Positions 8,887 through 17,431 of a stretch of 54,621 nucleotides of DNA are shown piece by piece. Below the pieces are notes generated by a model. That model saw only the letters and a program-made list of their open reading frames with translations, did no database searches and was not told the origin of the DNA. This DNA is from a virus (taxonomy: Duplodnaviria > Heunggongvirae > Uroviricota > Caudoviricetes): IMG/VR virus record IMGVR_UViG_3300037455_000816, one strand, 5' to 3'. Each line of letters starts with the position of its first letter. Positions within the stretch are counted from its first letter, which is position 1. Both the position numbers and the translations under genes were made by a program.

Positions 8887-9009
8887 TCAAGAAAGGTTAA
8901 TGGTTCTGCTGTTAATGGCCTTCATTTGAAAGGAACATACAGCGGTCTTAGGGGTCAGCAAGTGCCGCGCGCAGCTGTTAATGACCTTAATGTGAAAGGA
9001 TTATACAGC
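8887..9009 (+). CRISPR. CRISPR-like array B2, 36-nt type VI-B-like repeats
   Basis: Repeats 8908-8943 and 8974-9009; spacers 21 and 30 nt. Confidence 0.88.
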
Positions 9010-9037
9010 GTCGGAAGAAACTTTATTCCGAGCCTGT

Positions 9038-9060
9038 TTTTGGACGCAGTGAGTCCAAAA
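9038..9060. terminator. probable bidirectional terminator between array B and convergent operon
   Basis: TTTTGGAC-GCAGTGA-GTCCAAAA inverted repeat. Confidence 0.6.
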
Positions 9061-9113
9061 TCTTACTCACAACATTAAAGTAATACTGAAAAACTGACAC
9101 TTGTGCCAGAATT

Positions 9114-9872
9114 TCAGCGTATGGTAAGCATTTCACACCAACATTGGGAGTACATCTTCGGAATACGTCTGTAATCCGCATATCCGTACAGGCCGCAGGA
9201 GAAAAACCGATGGCACTCCAGTATAACCGTTTTGCCGTCGGTGGTCACAGCCACGTCGAGCGTCCAAGCCTTCGGAGCCGTTTTGCCGTATGCCTTAACC
9301 ATGTTCCTGATAGCTTCACCATCGGGGAACACCAGACAGTCGCCTGAGTAGTTCCCGACGTGCTGGATCTCGCCGTTAAAGACGATGACCCGCCACTCTG
9401 AAGCTATGTCTATCATTTCAGAAACCTGACAGCGCACGAAATCCTTGCTTTCGTACCAGTCTGAAATGGTTCCCGTCCTGGCATATTTCGGTCCATTGAA
9501 ATCATCCTTGATCTTATCAAGGCTCTTCACGTAAATGCTATCGAGCTGCTTGAACCGCTCAGAAAAATCCTCACGGCTGCAAATATTCTCAATCGCCCTG
9601 CCAGCAAAGGGAAACAGACAACGCGGAACATTCAGAGGTGTCAAAGCTGCCTGTGCCTGCGGATAGTAGGTCTTCAGGAACTTGCTGACAAACTCCACCG
9701 TGCCGATGGGAATGTATTCGTCAGGGTTCAGATCGTCCATGCAGTCGATGTCTGCATAGAGCAAGCCAAGCTGCTCCTCACCCCACCACTCGTAATAGCG
9801 TTTGGCTTCTCGCATGATCCAGACAAAATCAAGCTGGATCTGACCGTTTATCGTCTGTAACAGAAAATTCAT
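9114..9872 (-). CDS. ATP-grasp domain protein (DUF4343/R2K-like)
   Basis: PIGTVEFV, YVKS...K, SEWRVIVFNGEI, AWTLDVAV, ILECH-FFSCGLYG motifs. Confidence 0.8.
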   Translation of the reverse strand: MNFLLQTINGQIQLDFVWIMREAKRYYEWWGEEQLGLLYADIDCMDDLNPDEYIPIGTVEFVSKFLKTYYPQAQAALTPLNVPRCLFPFAGRAIENICSREDFSERFKQLDSIYVKSLDKIKDDFNGPKYARTGTISDWYESKDFVRCQVSEMIDIASEWRVIVFNGEIQHVGNYSGDCLVFPDGEAIRNMVKAYGKTAPKAWTLDVAVTTDGKTVILECHRFFSCGLYGYADYRRIPKMYSQCWCEMLTIR

Positions 9873-9875
9873 ATA

Positions 9876-10157
9876 CTATTCTTTTTCAAGTTCGTCCTTC
9901 AACTTCTCATAGCCAACGATGGCCGTGCCGTTTTTCAGATAGTCGGGGTTCTTAATGGTTCCGTTCATGGCTTCATCGGACAAAAGCATAAGCTTATGCC
10001 CAATGAGGAACTTCAACCGCTCTATACCGTCTGTCAGCCAGTCGAAAGGCTTCTGGCAGAGCCGGAAGACAAACCCTACTATCAGAAACGGAAAAGCCAG
10101 TAATGAAAGCAGAATCTCTGCGATACATTCCCACTGTGCTGCACTTTTCAATGTCAT
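9876..10157 (-). CDS. hypothetical membrane protein
   Basis: 93 aa with one hydrophobic segment. Confidence 0.65.
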   Translation of the reverse strand: MTLKSAAQWECIAEILLSLLAFPFLIVGFVFRLCQKPFDWLTDGIERLKFLIGHKLMLLSDEAMNGTIKNPDYLKNGTAIVGYEKLKDELEKE

Positions 10158-10318
10158 AGCCTATTCTCCTTCATATCTTTATAACGTCTCAAAACGTCCT
10201 CATAAACCTTCTTCTGACCTTCCATCGTCTGGAAGGCATACAGATACTTATTCATCGCATCCTTGATGCACTTGTGAATGAGCATCATATCTTCCCAAGT
10301 CAATTCCCTGTCCGGCAT
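10154..10318 (-). CDS. small hypothetical protein (54 aa; not in ORF track)
   Basis: MPDRELTWEDMMLIHKCI...; ATGA overlap with next gene. Confidence 0.6.
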   Translation of the reverse strand: MPDRELTWEDMMLIHKCIKDAMNKYLYAFQTMEGQKKVYEDVLRRYKDMKENRL

Positions 10319-10322
10319 AGTA

Positions 10323-10757
10323 TTATAATCCCATATTAGTTCTTAACTGGCCAAGGAGATTATCAAATCTCTCCACAGCCTTCGTCCTGTCAACAAAACG
10401 ACCTTTCAGATATTCGTCGATGTCAACATTCGGATTGAATGTGATGTTATCATAGTGGATATAGACCCCGATAAGGGTTTTGCAGTCAGTGCCGCTACAG
10501 GTTGTACCCAAGCAGCTGCAACAAAGCACTACATCCACCTGATCAGACATAACATAATTGGCTCTGGTGACCACCTTGTCTATGCAATAGACACTATCAG
10601 GATCGTTCTCTTTGGTGAAGAACTTTCCTATCAGATGGGCATACCGTTTGGCGGTAATCTTCTCTATTGCCGCCGCACGTTTCTTTTTGCCAGCGAACAA
10701 ACGACGGATAAGCGTTTGCTCATGCTCAATGGCCTTGATGTATTCCTGATGATTCAT
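10323..10757 (-). CDS. hypothetical protein
   Basis: 144 aa, operon context. Confidence 0.7.
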   Translation of the reverse strand: MNHQEYIKAIEHEQTLIRRLFAGKKKRAAAIEKITAKRYAHLIGKFFTKENDPDSVYCIDKVVTRANYVMSDQVDVVLCCSCLGTTCSGTDCKTLIGVYIHYDNITFNPNVDIDEYLKGRFVDRTKAVERFDNLLGQLRTNMGL

Positions 10758-10777
10758 AACTCATTATAATTCGTTAA

Positions 10778-11122
10778 TCACTCGTTATTATATTCGTAGT
10801 CGATGGTATCTGAGTCTATCAGATCCTTCATCTTCTGGTTGATGTCTATGCCATTGTGCATATAGTACAGAAAGATGCTGTTCGTCAACGCCAGAAGACT
10901 TTCCTCCGTGAGGTGCATCTGGTTCAGGGTGTTCCTCCCCGTTGACTTCGGGTTTTCGATGGCCAGCACAAAGGTATTCTCCTCCGTTCTGGCGACGGTA
11001 CACATCCTGTGATCCTTGAAAACCGACCGCACCATGTCCGTGATGGCAAGTTCCTTCATAACCTCGCCGCTATCAGCGTCGGTGAGGGTTACTTTCCCAA
11101 TTTTCAAACAATCCTTTTCCAT
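10778..11122 (-). CDS. hypothetical protein
   Basis: 114 aa, operon context. Confidence 0.7.
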   Translation of the reverse strand: MEKDCLKIGKVTLTDADSGEVMKELAITDMVRSVFKDHRMCTVARTEENTFVLAIENPKSTGRNTLNQMHLTEESLLALTNSIFLYYMHNGIDINQKMKDLIDSDTIDYEYNNE

Positions 11123-11133
11123 TGATATCAGTC

Positions 11134-11544
11134 TTAAATGAGATACTTCAACACATGAACGATGCTTTTCTCCTTGCAGTCCTCCGGGGATTCCTTGCTG
11201 GTAACGGAGAAAGCCCTGCGAAAGGCGTTATATTTATCGTTCATCCATTCGCCTGATCCAATCCAGAGCCAGTACAGGACTCCGCAGGTCTTCTTTCCGT
11301 CCGCGCCCTTAATCTTACCGACAATCGGGGAAACGGAAATCTCGATGTGAAGCTGATGCTTCTGACGGATCCACTGGCAGACCACCTCCTGCGTCGGGGC
11401 TGGGATAAACTGCTCCCTGTTGTCGGAAGACAGTTCAAGGAGGTTGCCAGAGCGCAAGGAATAGACCTTACGCCACTGGCCCTCAAAACCTTTCTCCTGA
11501 AGGAGCTTGGCCGTCTCGAAAGTGACAATCTGCTCTTCTGCCAT
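11134..11544 (-). CDS. Bacteroidota phage-type hypothetical protein (start revised to MAEEQ)
   Basis: IVTFETAKLLQEKGF...APTQEVVCQWIRQKH motif recalled from Bacteroides phage proteins. Confidence 0.7.
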   Translation of the reverse strand: MAEEQIVTFETAKLLQEKGFEGQWRKVYSLRSGNLLELSSDNREQFIPAPTQEVVCQWIRQKHQLHIEISVSPIVGKIKGADGKKTCGVLYWLWIGSGEWMNDKYNAFRRAFSVTSKESPEDCKEKSIVHVLKYLI

Positions 11545-11545
11545 A

Positions 11546-11845
11546 TCACTTGCTCTCATCGGGATAGAACTCATCGGCATACGCCCAAGAGATCATCCTG
11601 ACCGTGTTGCAGAAGAAAGTCCAGGACTGCTTACCGTTGGCGGGGTTGGGATAGACCTTCAGGCCGCCACGCTCACTGCGTACCAGCAGCTCCTTGTGAT
11701 TGTCAATACCCGGTTTCGGCTCCTCGGCGGGGTCAAACCATAACTGTTTGATGGCACAGATGCCACCTCTGACGAAATCGTCCTTACTGTTCTTTGCGTC
11801 GCGTTTCGCATTGTCCAGCAGCAGATCCAAAAATTCCTTTGTCAT
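11546..11845 (-). CDS. hypothetical protein (DUF551-like W..P motif)
   Basis: LWFDPAEEPKP...ELLV...ISWAY. Confidence 0.65.
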   Translation of the reverse strand: MTKEFLDLLLDNAKRDAKNSKDDFVRGGICAIKQLWFDPAEEPKPGIDNHKELLVRSERGGLKVYPNPANGKQSWTFFCNTVRMISWAYADEFYPDESK

Positions 11846-11867
11846 AATAACCTATTTTTGATGAATA

Positions 11868-12194
11868 CTAATGTGAAATCGCTCCAATGGCCAGAGACTC
11901 CTTACGTGCCTCACGAATGAGGCGCTTCAAGGCGCATCGGGCAAAGTGATTATTGCCCGATCCTCTGGTATAATAGCGGTACTGGGTGCGTCCCATGCCA
12001 CTCCACATCCTGTAATAGCTGTGATGACGGTGGCAGGTCAGGGACTTTCCGAAATAGGCAAACCAGAGATTGCCGAACGACGGGCAAATGGTGGTACTCC
12101 AGAGTTCCATCAAGGCCACGCCTACTACGGTGAGAACCATCATACCGATGACACACCAGACAACTACACCCGTATAGAAGAAAAATTCTCTCAT
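11868..12194 (-). CDS. hypothetical membrane protein
   Basis: N-terminal TM segment, 108 aa. Confidence 0.65.
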   Translation of the reverse strand: MREFFFYTGVVVWCVIGMMVLTVVGVALMELWSTTICPSFGNLWFAYFGKSLTCHRHHSYYRMWSGMGRTQYRYYTRGSGNNHFARCALKRLIREARKESLAIGAISH

Positions 12195-12205
12195 ATCTGA
12201 TCGAT

Positions 12206-12598
12206 TTAAAAATAAAAACCCTTTTCAGCTTTCTTGGCCAAATTACGGCCAATCATATCCCTGTAGTCAAGGAAACGCGAGTTGAGATAAGTTACCTTCT
12301 TTGCCATGATCCTGCCTACGGTGTCGTGGTCGAAGGATCTGTACTTCTCGTTTTCCTCCGGCGTAGCGTCGGACATCGGGCGCAGAATCGGCTTGAAATG
12401 CTCAACATTGATAAAATCCCCGTCGCCGAAGAAATCAATGGCTGCATCCACCTCCTGCACCGTATCGGTGCCGTTATAAAGGTGTGTGACATAGAGGTTA
12501 TTGAGCTTTCCGGCCATGCCGTTAAGGTCTATCCAAACGCCGTGCGGCAGATAGCCGCCCAACGCCTCTATAAGCTCCTGTTTGTCTTCCTTACTCAT
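12206..12598 (-). CDS. phage-type hypothetical protein
   Basis: YLPHGV...FKPILRPMSD...YLNSRFLDYRDMIGRNLA motif. Confidence 0.7.
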   Translation of the reverse strand: MSKEDKQELIEALGGYLPHGVWIDLNGMAGKLNNLYVTHLYNGTDTVQEVDAAIDFFGDGDFINVEHFKPILRPMSDATPEENEKYRSFDHDTVGRIMAKKVTYLNSRFLDYRDMIGRNLAKKAEKGFYF

Positions 12599-12612
12599 CT
12601 TCTACTTTCGTT

Positions 12613-12849
12613 TTATTCATCCTTACTCTCCAGTTTCTCCAGTCCGTGACGGAGAAGGATCAGAAGATCCACTGGCTTTATATCCTCACTGGCAAAGGCT
12701 TCTACCACCTCAATGGCTTTCTTGAAGCCTCTGATATACTCATTCCTGCAGAGCTTTTCAAGCCTGCGCCTGCGCTCAATCTGCTGGCTCTCGTACCAGA
12801 CCTTATGAATGGCGTAATCATCGAATATCTTCTGTAGCTTACTGTCCAT
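12613..12849 (-). CDS. hypothetical protein
   Basis: 78 aa, overlaps recD2 stop. Confidence 0.6.
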   Translation of the reverse strand: MDSKLQKIFDDYAIHKVWYESQQIERRRRLEKLCRNEYIRGFKKAIEVVEAFASEDIKPVDLLILLRHGLEKLESKDE

Positions 12850-15067
12850 AGATATTTGTGGTCATGTTACTGCACTTCAAGATACGCTCCTTCAGGTAGG
12901 TGTGACGGGGCTTGATATGATAGTTCGAGACAGCCGTCCAGAGTGCCTGCTTGTTACCGATGATGATACAACGCTCCTTGGCCCTCGTAATGGCGGTATA
13001 GATAAGGTTGCGCTGCAACATCTTATAAGCGGAGTACATCACGGGTACGATGACCGTGGGGTACTCGCTGCCCTGGCTCTTGTGGATCGTGCTGGCATAG
13101 CTCAGCTGGAGTTCGTCAAGGTCGCTCTCCTCATACTTCACCACATGGTCATCGGAATAGTCCACCATGAGGTAGCCCATATCTTCGTTGACCTCGCTGA
13201 CGAGTCCCACATCGCCGTTGAAGACGGCCTTGTCATAGTTATTCTTCATCTGCATCACCCTGTCACCCTTGCGGAAATGGGTATCGCCGTAGCTCAACGC
13301 CTCTCCCTCGGGGTTCACCTTCTCCTGAATCTGCTTATTCAGGTTATTGCAGCTGGTAAGGCCACGCTGACGCATGGGGCAGAGTACCTGGATCTCCACG
13401 GGTTTCACACCGTAAGCCTTCGGCAGTCGTTCGCTCACAAGCTCCACGATCTGATCCGCTACAGGCTGTTCCTCCTTACCCTCGATGAAAAAGAAGTCCT
13501 TGCTGCCTCGGTTAGTCAGGTTAGGCATCCTCCCCTCAATGACCGCCTTGGCGTTCCAGGGAATACGGCTGGAGAAGTCCTGACGGTGGATAGTGGTGAG
13601 CCTGACAACCGGCACGAGGCCGCTGGTGATCAAGTCACTCAGGACGTTTCCGGCTCCCACACTCGGCAGCTGGTCAACATCACCCACAAGGATAAGGCGC
13701 TTATAGGGAGGAATGGCCTTCAGGAGTGAATGAAAAAGCAGGATATCCACCATCGAAGACTCATCCACGATAATCACGTCATCCTCCAAGGGGTTTTCCT
13801 CCCCACGCTGGAAACCGCCCGTTTCAGGGCTGAACTCCAGCGTTCTGTGGATGGTCTTTGCGTCATAGCCCGTACTCTCCTTGGCACGTTTGGCTGCGCG
13901 TCCGGTGGGGGCGCAGACGGCAATAGAGAGGTCTTTGCGTCTCAGGGCATGGAGGATGCCCTTCAATACGGTAGTCTTTCCCGTGCCAGGACCGCCGGTG
14001 AGAATCATCACACGGCTACGCAGGGCCTGACGGATGGCTTCTACCTGTATGGCATCGTACTGCATATTCTCAGTACGCAGGATATAGGCCACGGTACCAC
14101 GCACAATCTCCTCATCGCTATGACTGAGCCGCGTTTCGCTGCCTGCGCCAAGTCTGGCGATACGGCGGGCGCAGAAACATTCGGCATCATAGTATTCAGG
14201 CAGATACATCATCGGACCGTCCTCAATGAGGTCTTCGGTACGCAGACGGGCTGCAATAGCCGTCTCTATCTGCTCTGAATCAGCATGAAGGATATCCTCT
14301 GCCTCCTTGACAAGGCTTTCGTGTAGGATATACACATGACCTTCCTTGATCAGCTGGCTCATCACAAAGATGATGCCACTCTGCAATCGGCGGGGGTCAT
14401 CGTCGGCATAGCCCATGTGCTTGGCAATCTCGTCGGCCTTGGCAAAGCTAATGCCGTCGATACGCTCAATGAGGCAGTAGGGATTCTCCCTCACACGCCT
14501 CACACTCTCGGCACCGAAAGCCTTGATGATCTTCTTGACGAAGACATAGGAGATGCCGAAGCCGGAGAGAAACACCATCACGTCGCGCTCCAAGTTCTGC
14601 TGAAGCATGAAGTCAGAGGCGCGTTTGATGCGTTTGTCACCCAGCCCCTTAATGTCACGCAGGGCGTAAGGGGTATTCTGGATGACCTCAAACGTGCGGT
14701 GACCGAAACGCTCCACGATGGCATGGGCAAAAGCCTTACCGATACCCTTGATCTTTCCGCTGGCGAGGTATTTTTCAATACCTTCCAGCGTCTCAGGGCG
14801 AATCTCCATCCATGAAACGGCCTCGAACTGGCGGCCATAGGTGGCGTGTTCCTTCCAGGAGCCTTCCACGTCCAGATGGATGCCCTCACTGACCTCAAAG
14901 GAAGTACCGTTGATAGTGATCGTCTGCTGGTTGTCGTCACGAACGGCAGTGAAGACACTATACCCGCTGTCAGGTGCAAAGAAAACCTTGCGTCTGACAA
15001 TGCAGCAGATATGCTCCAATGCGGAATCCTGCGCTTCCTGCTTCAACGGTATCTCTGGCAGATTCAT
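12839..15067 (-). CDS. recD2: ATP-dependent RecD2-like SF1B DNA helicase
   Basis: N-terminal OB/HhH (IKGIGK, ENPY), Walker A GGPGTGKT, DESSM, GDVDQLPSV, YASTIHKSQGSEY, YTAITRAK. Confidence 0.95.
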   Translation of the reverse strand: MNLPEIPLKQEAQDSALEHICCIVRRKVFFAPDSGYSVFTAVRDDNQQTITINGTSFEVSEGIHLDVEGSWKEHATYGRQFEAVSWMEIRPETLEGIEKYLASGKIKGIGKAFAHAIVERFGHRTFEVIQNTPYALRDIKGLGDKRIKRASDFMLQQNLERDVMVFLSGFGISYVFVKKIIKAFGAESVRRVRENPYCLIERIDGISFAKADEIAKHMGYADDDPRRLQSGIIFVMSQLIKEGHVYILHESLVKEAEDILHADSEQIETAIAARLRTEDLIEDGPMMYLPEYYDAECFCARRIARLGAGSETRLSHSDEEIVRGTVAYILRTENMQYDAIQVEAIRQALRSRVMILTGGPGTGKTTVLKGILHALRRKDLSIAVCAPTGRAAKRAKESTGYDAKTIHRTLEFSPETGGFQRGEENPLEDDVIIVDESSMVDILLFHSLLKAIPPYKRLILVGDVDQLPSVGAGNVLSDLITSGLVPVVRLTTIHRQDFSSRIPWNAKAVIEGRMPNLTNRGSKDFFFIEGKEEQPVADQIVELVSERLPKAYGVKPVEIQVLCPMRQRGLTSCNNLNKQIQEKVNPEGEALSYGDTHFRKGDRVMQMKNNYDKAVFNGDVGLVSEVNEDMGYLMVDYSDDHVVKYEESDLDELQLSYASTIHKSQGSEYPTVIVPVMYSAYKMLQRNLIYTAITRAKERCIIIGNKQALWTAVSNYHIKPRHTYLKERILKCSNMTTNIYGQ

Positions 15068-15068
15068 C

Positions 15069-15995
15069 TTAGATTCCTTCCTTTTTCTTCACCCATTCAA
15101 AGCCGCTGCCGATAAACTGCGGATGATTCAGGTGTTCGTCGATATGGGTGCCTGCAAGTTCCTTGCGGACACTCTCTTTCCAGTAAACTGTCACGTCAGG
15201 GTATTCGGCAATGGCCTTGCGGACATTCAGGATAAACCGTGTCAGCTTCGACAAAGAACCGTAGTAGCCCTTGCATACACCAGACTGCAAACCGATCTTA
15301 TAGTGGTCACAGTAGGGCAGACTCTCACGGATCATCTCAAAGCTGCTGTCAAGGTCAATGACGGGTTCGATGCTCGCCCAGACGTTATAGCCAAGCTCCT
15401 TGAGCTGGCTCATGGCCTTGATACGGTCGCTATTGGCAGAGAAATGCCTTGCGGCTCCCTCTTCCAAGTCATCACGGCCAGTCAGGGTGAAGCCGAAAGA
15501 GACATATTTCTGGAGTCCCTGGTGGTAGTCCAGATTCTTTCCGAACCAGTCATTATGCAGCTCAAAGGTGAAGGCACACTTGGTGAGAACGGTCACGGGG
15601 ACCTGCTTCTGCACGGCATAGTTCACAGCCCGCCACGTCAGCGGATGGGTCTCATCCAGCATCGGGTCGGTGGAGAAGGAGAAGAAAATACCCGTCTGAC
15701 GGCAATAGTCAAGATGACGCTCCAGCTCGCGCTTGAAGACAATCATCGCGTATGTCTCGGCAGAAATATCGCGGTATTTCTTCGGGCGGTTCTTTTCCTT
15801 GGTGAAACAGTCCTCCAGAACGGCGTGATCCACGCCCAGCACGGGAGCCGTGAGACCCCTGCGGTTGTAGCAGTAGGTACACTGGAAGGGACAGCCGCGA
15901 TAGAAATTGCAGCCCACAGGCCCGTATTCACGGGCGGCTCCCTTGGAGGAATAGAGGCATTTGCCATTGATGATGATCTCTTCCATAGCCTTCAA
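15069..15995 (-). CDS. radical SAM protein
   Basis: GCPFQCTYCY (CxxxCxxC), FSFSTDP, VLTK, WASIEP. Confidence 0.9.
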   Translation of the reverse strand: MKAMEEIIINGKCLYSSKGAAREYGPVGCNFYRGCPFQCTYCYNRRGLTAPVLGVDHAVLEDCFTKEKNRPKKYRDISAETYAMIVFKRELERHLDYCRQTGIFFSFSTDPMLDETHPLTWRAVNYAVQKQVPVTVLTKCAFTFELHNDWFGKNLDYHQGLQKYVSFGFTLTGRDDLEEGAARHFSANSDRIKAMSQLKELGYNVWASIEPVIDLDSSFEMIRESLPYCDHYKIGLQSGVCKGYYGSLSKLTRFILNVRKAIAEYPDVTVYWKESVRKELAGTHIDEHLNHPQFIGSGFEWVKKKEGI

Positions 15996-16370
15996 TCAGT
16001 TGGTATAGTTCTTCTTTTCGTCGGTGGCAGGCATCATCGCAGAATGGATCTTCTTTCCCATCTTGAAGACCATGGTCAGGAACTCGCTCACGAAATCCTG
16101 ATGCTCCTTACTGCGACTGCAAACGCCAAAGAGGATGGCGGGCAGCACAGGGAACTTCGACTTCTGCACAATGGCACTGAAGCCTCCCAAGCCCTTCTCC
16201 GACGGTTGGCGGCCTTCCACCAGACGCTCTCCAATGATCATCATGGAGTCATAACCCTTCTTGTCAAGGTAGTCCTGGAGGTCGGCAATGCGCTCGGCCA
16301 CCTCCTTATCGAAAACATTCTGCCACTCTTCCTGAGTGATACGGTCGAAAATCTCTTCTTTCTTAGCCAT
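15996..16370 (-). CDS. hypothetical protein
   Basis: 124 aa, abuts neighbour. Confidence 0.7.
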   Translation of the reverse strand: MAKKEEIFDRITQEEWQNVFDKEVAERIADLQDYLDKKGYDSMMIIGERLVEGRQPSEKGLGGFSAIVQKSKFPVLPAILFGVCSRSKEHQDFVSEFLTMVFKMGKKIHSAMMPATDEKKNYTN

Positions 16371-16400
16371 AAAAAATCGGTTTTTAAGTTCATACTCGGA

Positions 16401-16613
16401 TTACTGCAGTCGCTGGTCGATAAAGTCCAGCTCCTCATCGTGATACCACCTGTCACCGGCTTCGTCGTAATGCCAGGGGTTATAGAACACCAAGAGACCA
16501 AGCTGACCGTGACGGTCATCAACCATCACCTGCTGGCCGGTCTTCTTCACTCTGGCAGCAATCAGCTGCTTGTCAATGCCGCCGTTAGCGGCTGTCCTTA
16601 CACTCGTATTCAT
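16401..16613 (-). CDS. hypothetical protein (start revised to MNTSV)
   Basis: 70 aa, operon context. Confidence 0.6.
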   Translation of the reverse strand: MNTSVRTAANGGIDKQLIAARVKKTGQQVMVDDRHGQLGLLVFYNPWHYDEAGDRWYHDEELDFIDQRLQ

Positions 16614-16627
16614 AGAAAATCGTATTA

Positions 16628-16924
16628 TCAGTTGCACATCATATTTCCGCTGGCAGGCATCGGAATATTCCGCAGGCGGCTGGCAAGGGCTTCCTCGGCC
16701 AAAGCATGGATGAAAGCAACGGCGGCTTCGCCTTTCTCGCTCATAGCCTGCTCCAGAAGCAGATGGGCGGCTGACTCGAAACCGTCACCCGTGCGCAGTC
16801 CGATGCTACCGTCGATATTCTCGTTATCCAAACGCCTCGTAGCCAGCAGCACGTAGTCGTAGTCACTCTGGTCAAGCAGTTTGTGAACCTGCTCAATGAG
16901 CTTCAAATTCTCTTCATCGGTCAT
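16628..16924 (-). CDS. hypothetical protein
   Basis: 98 aa, operon context. Confidence 0.7.
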   Translation of the reverse strand: MTDEENLKLIEQVHKLLDQSDYDYVLLATRRLDNENIDGSIGLRTGDGFESAAHLLLEQAMSEKGEAAVAFIHALAEEALASRLRNIPMPASGNMMCN

Positions 16925-16925
16925 A

Positions 16926-17429
16926 TCAGTAACTTTTTTCGTTTAACTTCACATACTTGCCTTCAATGCCGCTGTTACGCAGCACCTCGTCATTATGCCG
17001 TCCCCAAGCCACAAGGCAGTTGCCGAAAAACGGGTTACTCTTCATCGGTGAGCCTTCCGGAGTCAGGAACTTCACCCGCTTACGCATGAAGAGCATACTG
17101 TCGGCAGTCGGGAAGATGACTTCCTGGAACAGCACGTTATCGGTACGGTTCACCAGCAGGGCAATGCCGTTGTCATGCCGTGCCAGTTTCTCCACAAACT
17201 GACGGAGCAACACCCTCGAATAGGGAGGATTGAGCCACACGCGGCTGTGATCCCAGTCCTGTTGCAGACCGTCATCCTCCTTGGTATAGTGCAAGGCGGC
17301 GGTGTCGAAAGGGCGAACCTGCGGACTGCACGGATCCAAATCGAATGGCCCAAGGGCTTCGATGATCCAGCGGGGCGTGTACCACTCATCGCTCGATACG
17401 ATGCGGTTCCTTTGCTGTCTTGTGTCCAT
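16926..17429 (-). CDS. phage-type DNA N6-adenine methyltransferase (Dam family)
   Basis: SDEWYTP, FDLDPCS, DDGL.QDW, WLNPPYS catalytic motif. Confidence 0.9.
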   Translation of the reverse strand: MDTRQQRNRIVSSDEWYTPRWIIEALGPFDLDPCSPQVRPFDTAALHYTKEDDGLQQDWDHSRVWLNPPYSRVLLRQFVEKLARHDNGIALLVNRTDNVLFQEVIFPTADSMLFMRKRVKFLTPEGSPMKSNPFFGNCLVAWGRHNDEVLRNSGIEGKYVKLNEKSY

Positions 17430-17431
17430 AA

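Noticed and set aside
7245-9009. TIGR-Tas or complete CRISPR-Cas locus
   Set aside because: No Nop-domain Tas protein, no dual-spacer box C/D-like units, and no cas1/cas2/cas9/cas13 in the window
14841-16856. 671-aa + strand ORF (and similar long antisense ORFs such as 4595-5905, 12902-13729, 24036-24584, 28895-29722)
   Set aside because: Shadow frames opposite well-supported genes; expected from the strong third-position GC bias; no recognisable motifs
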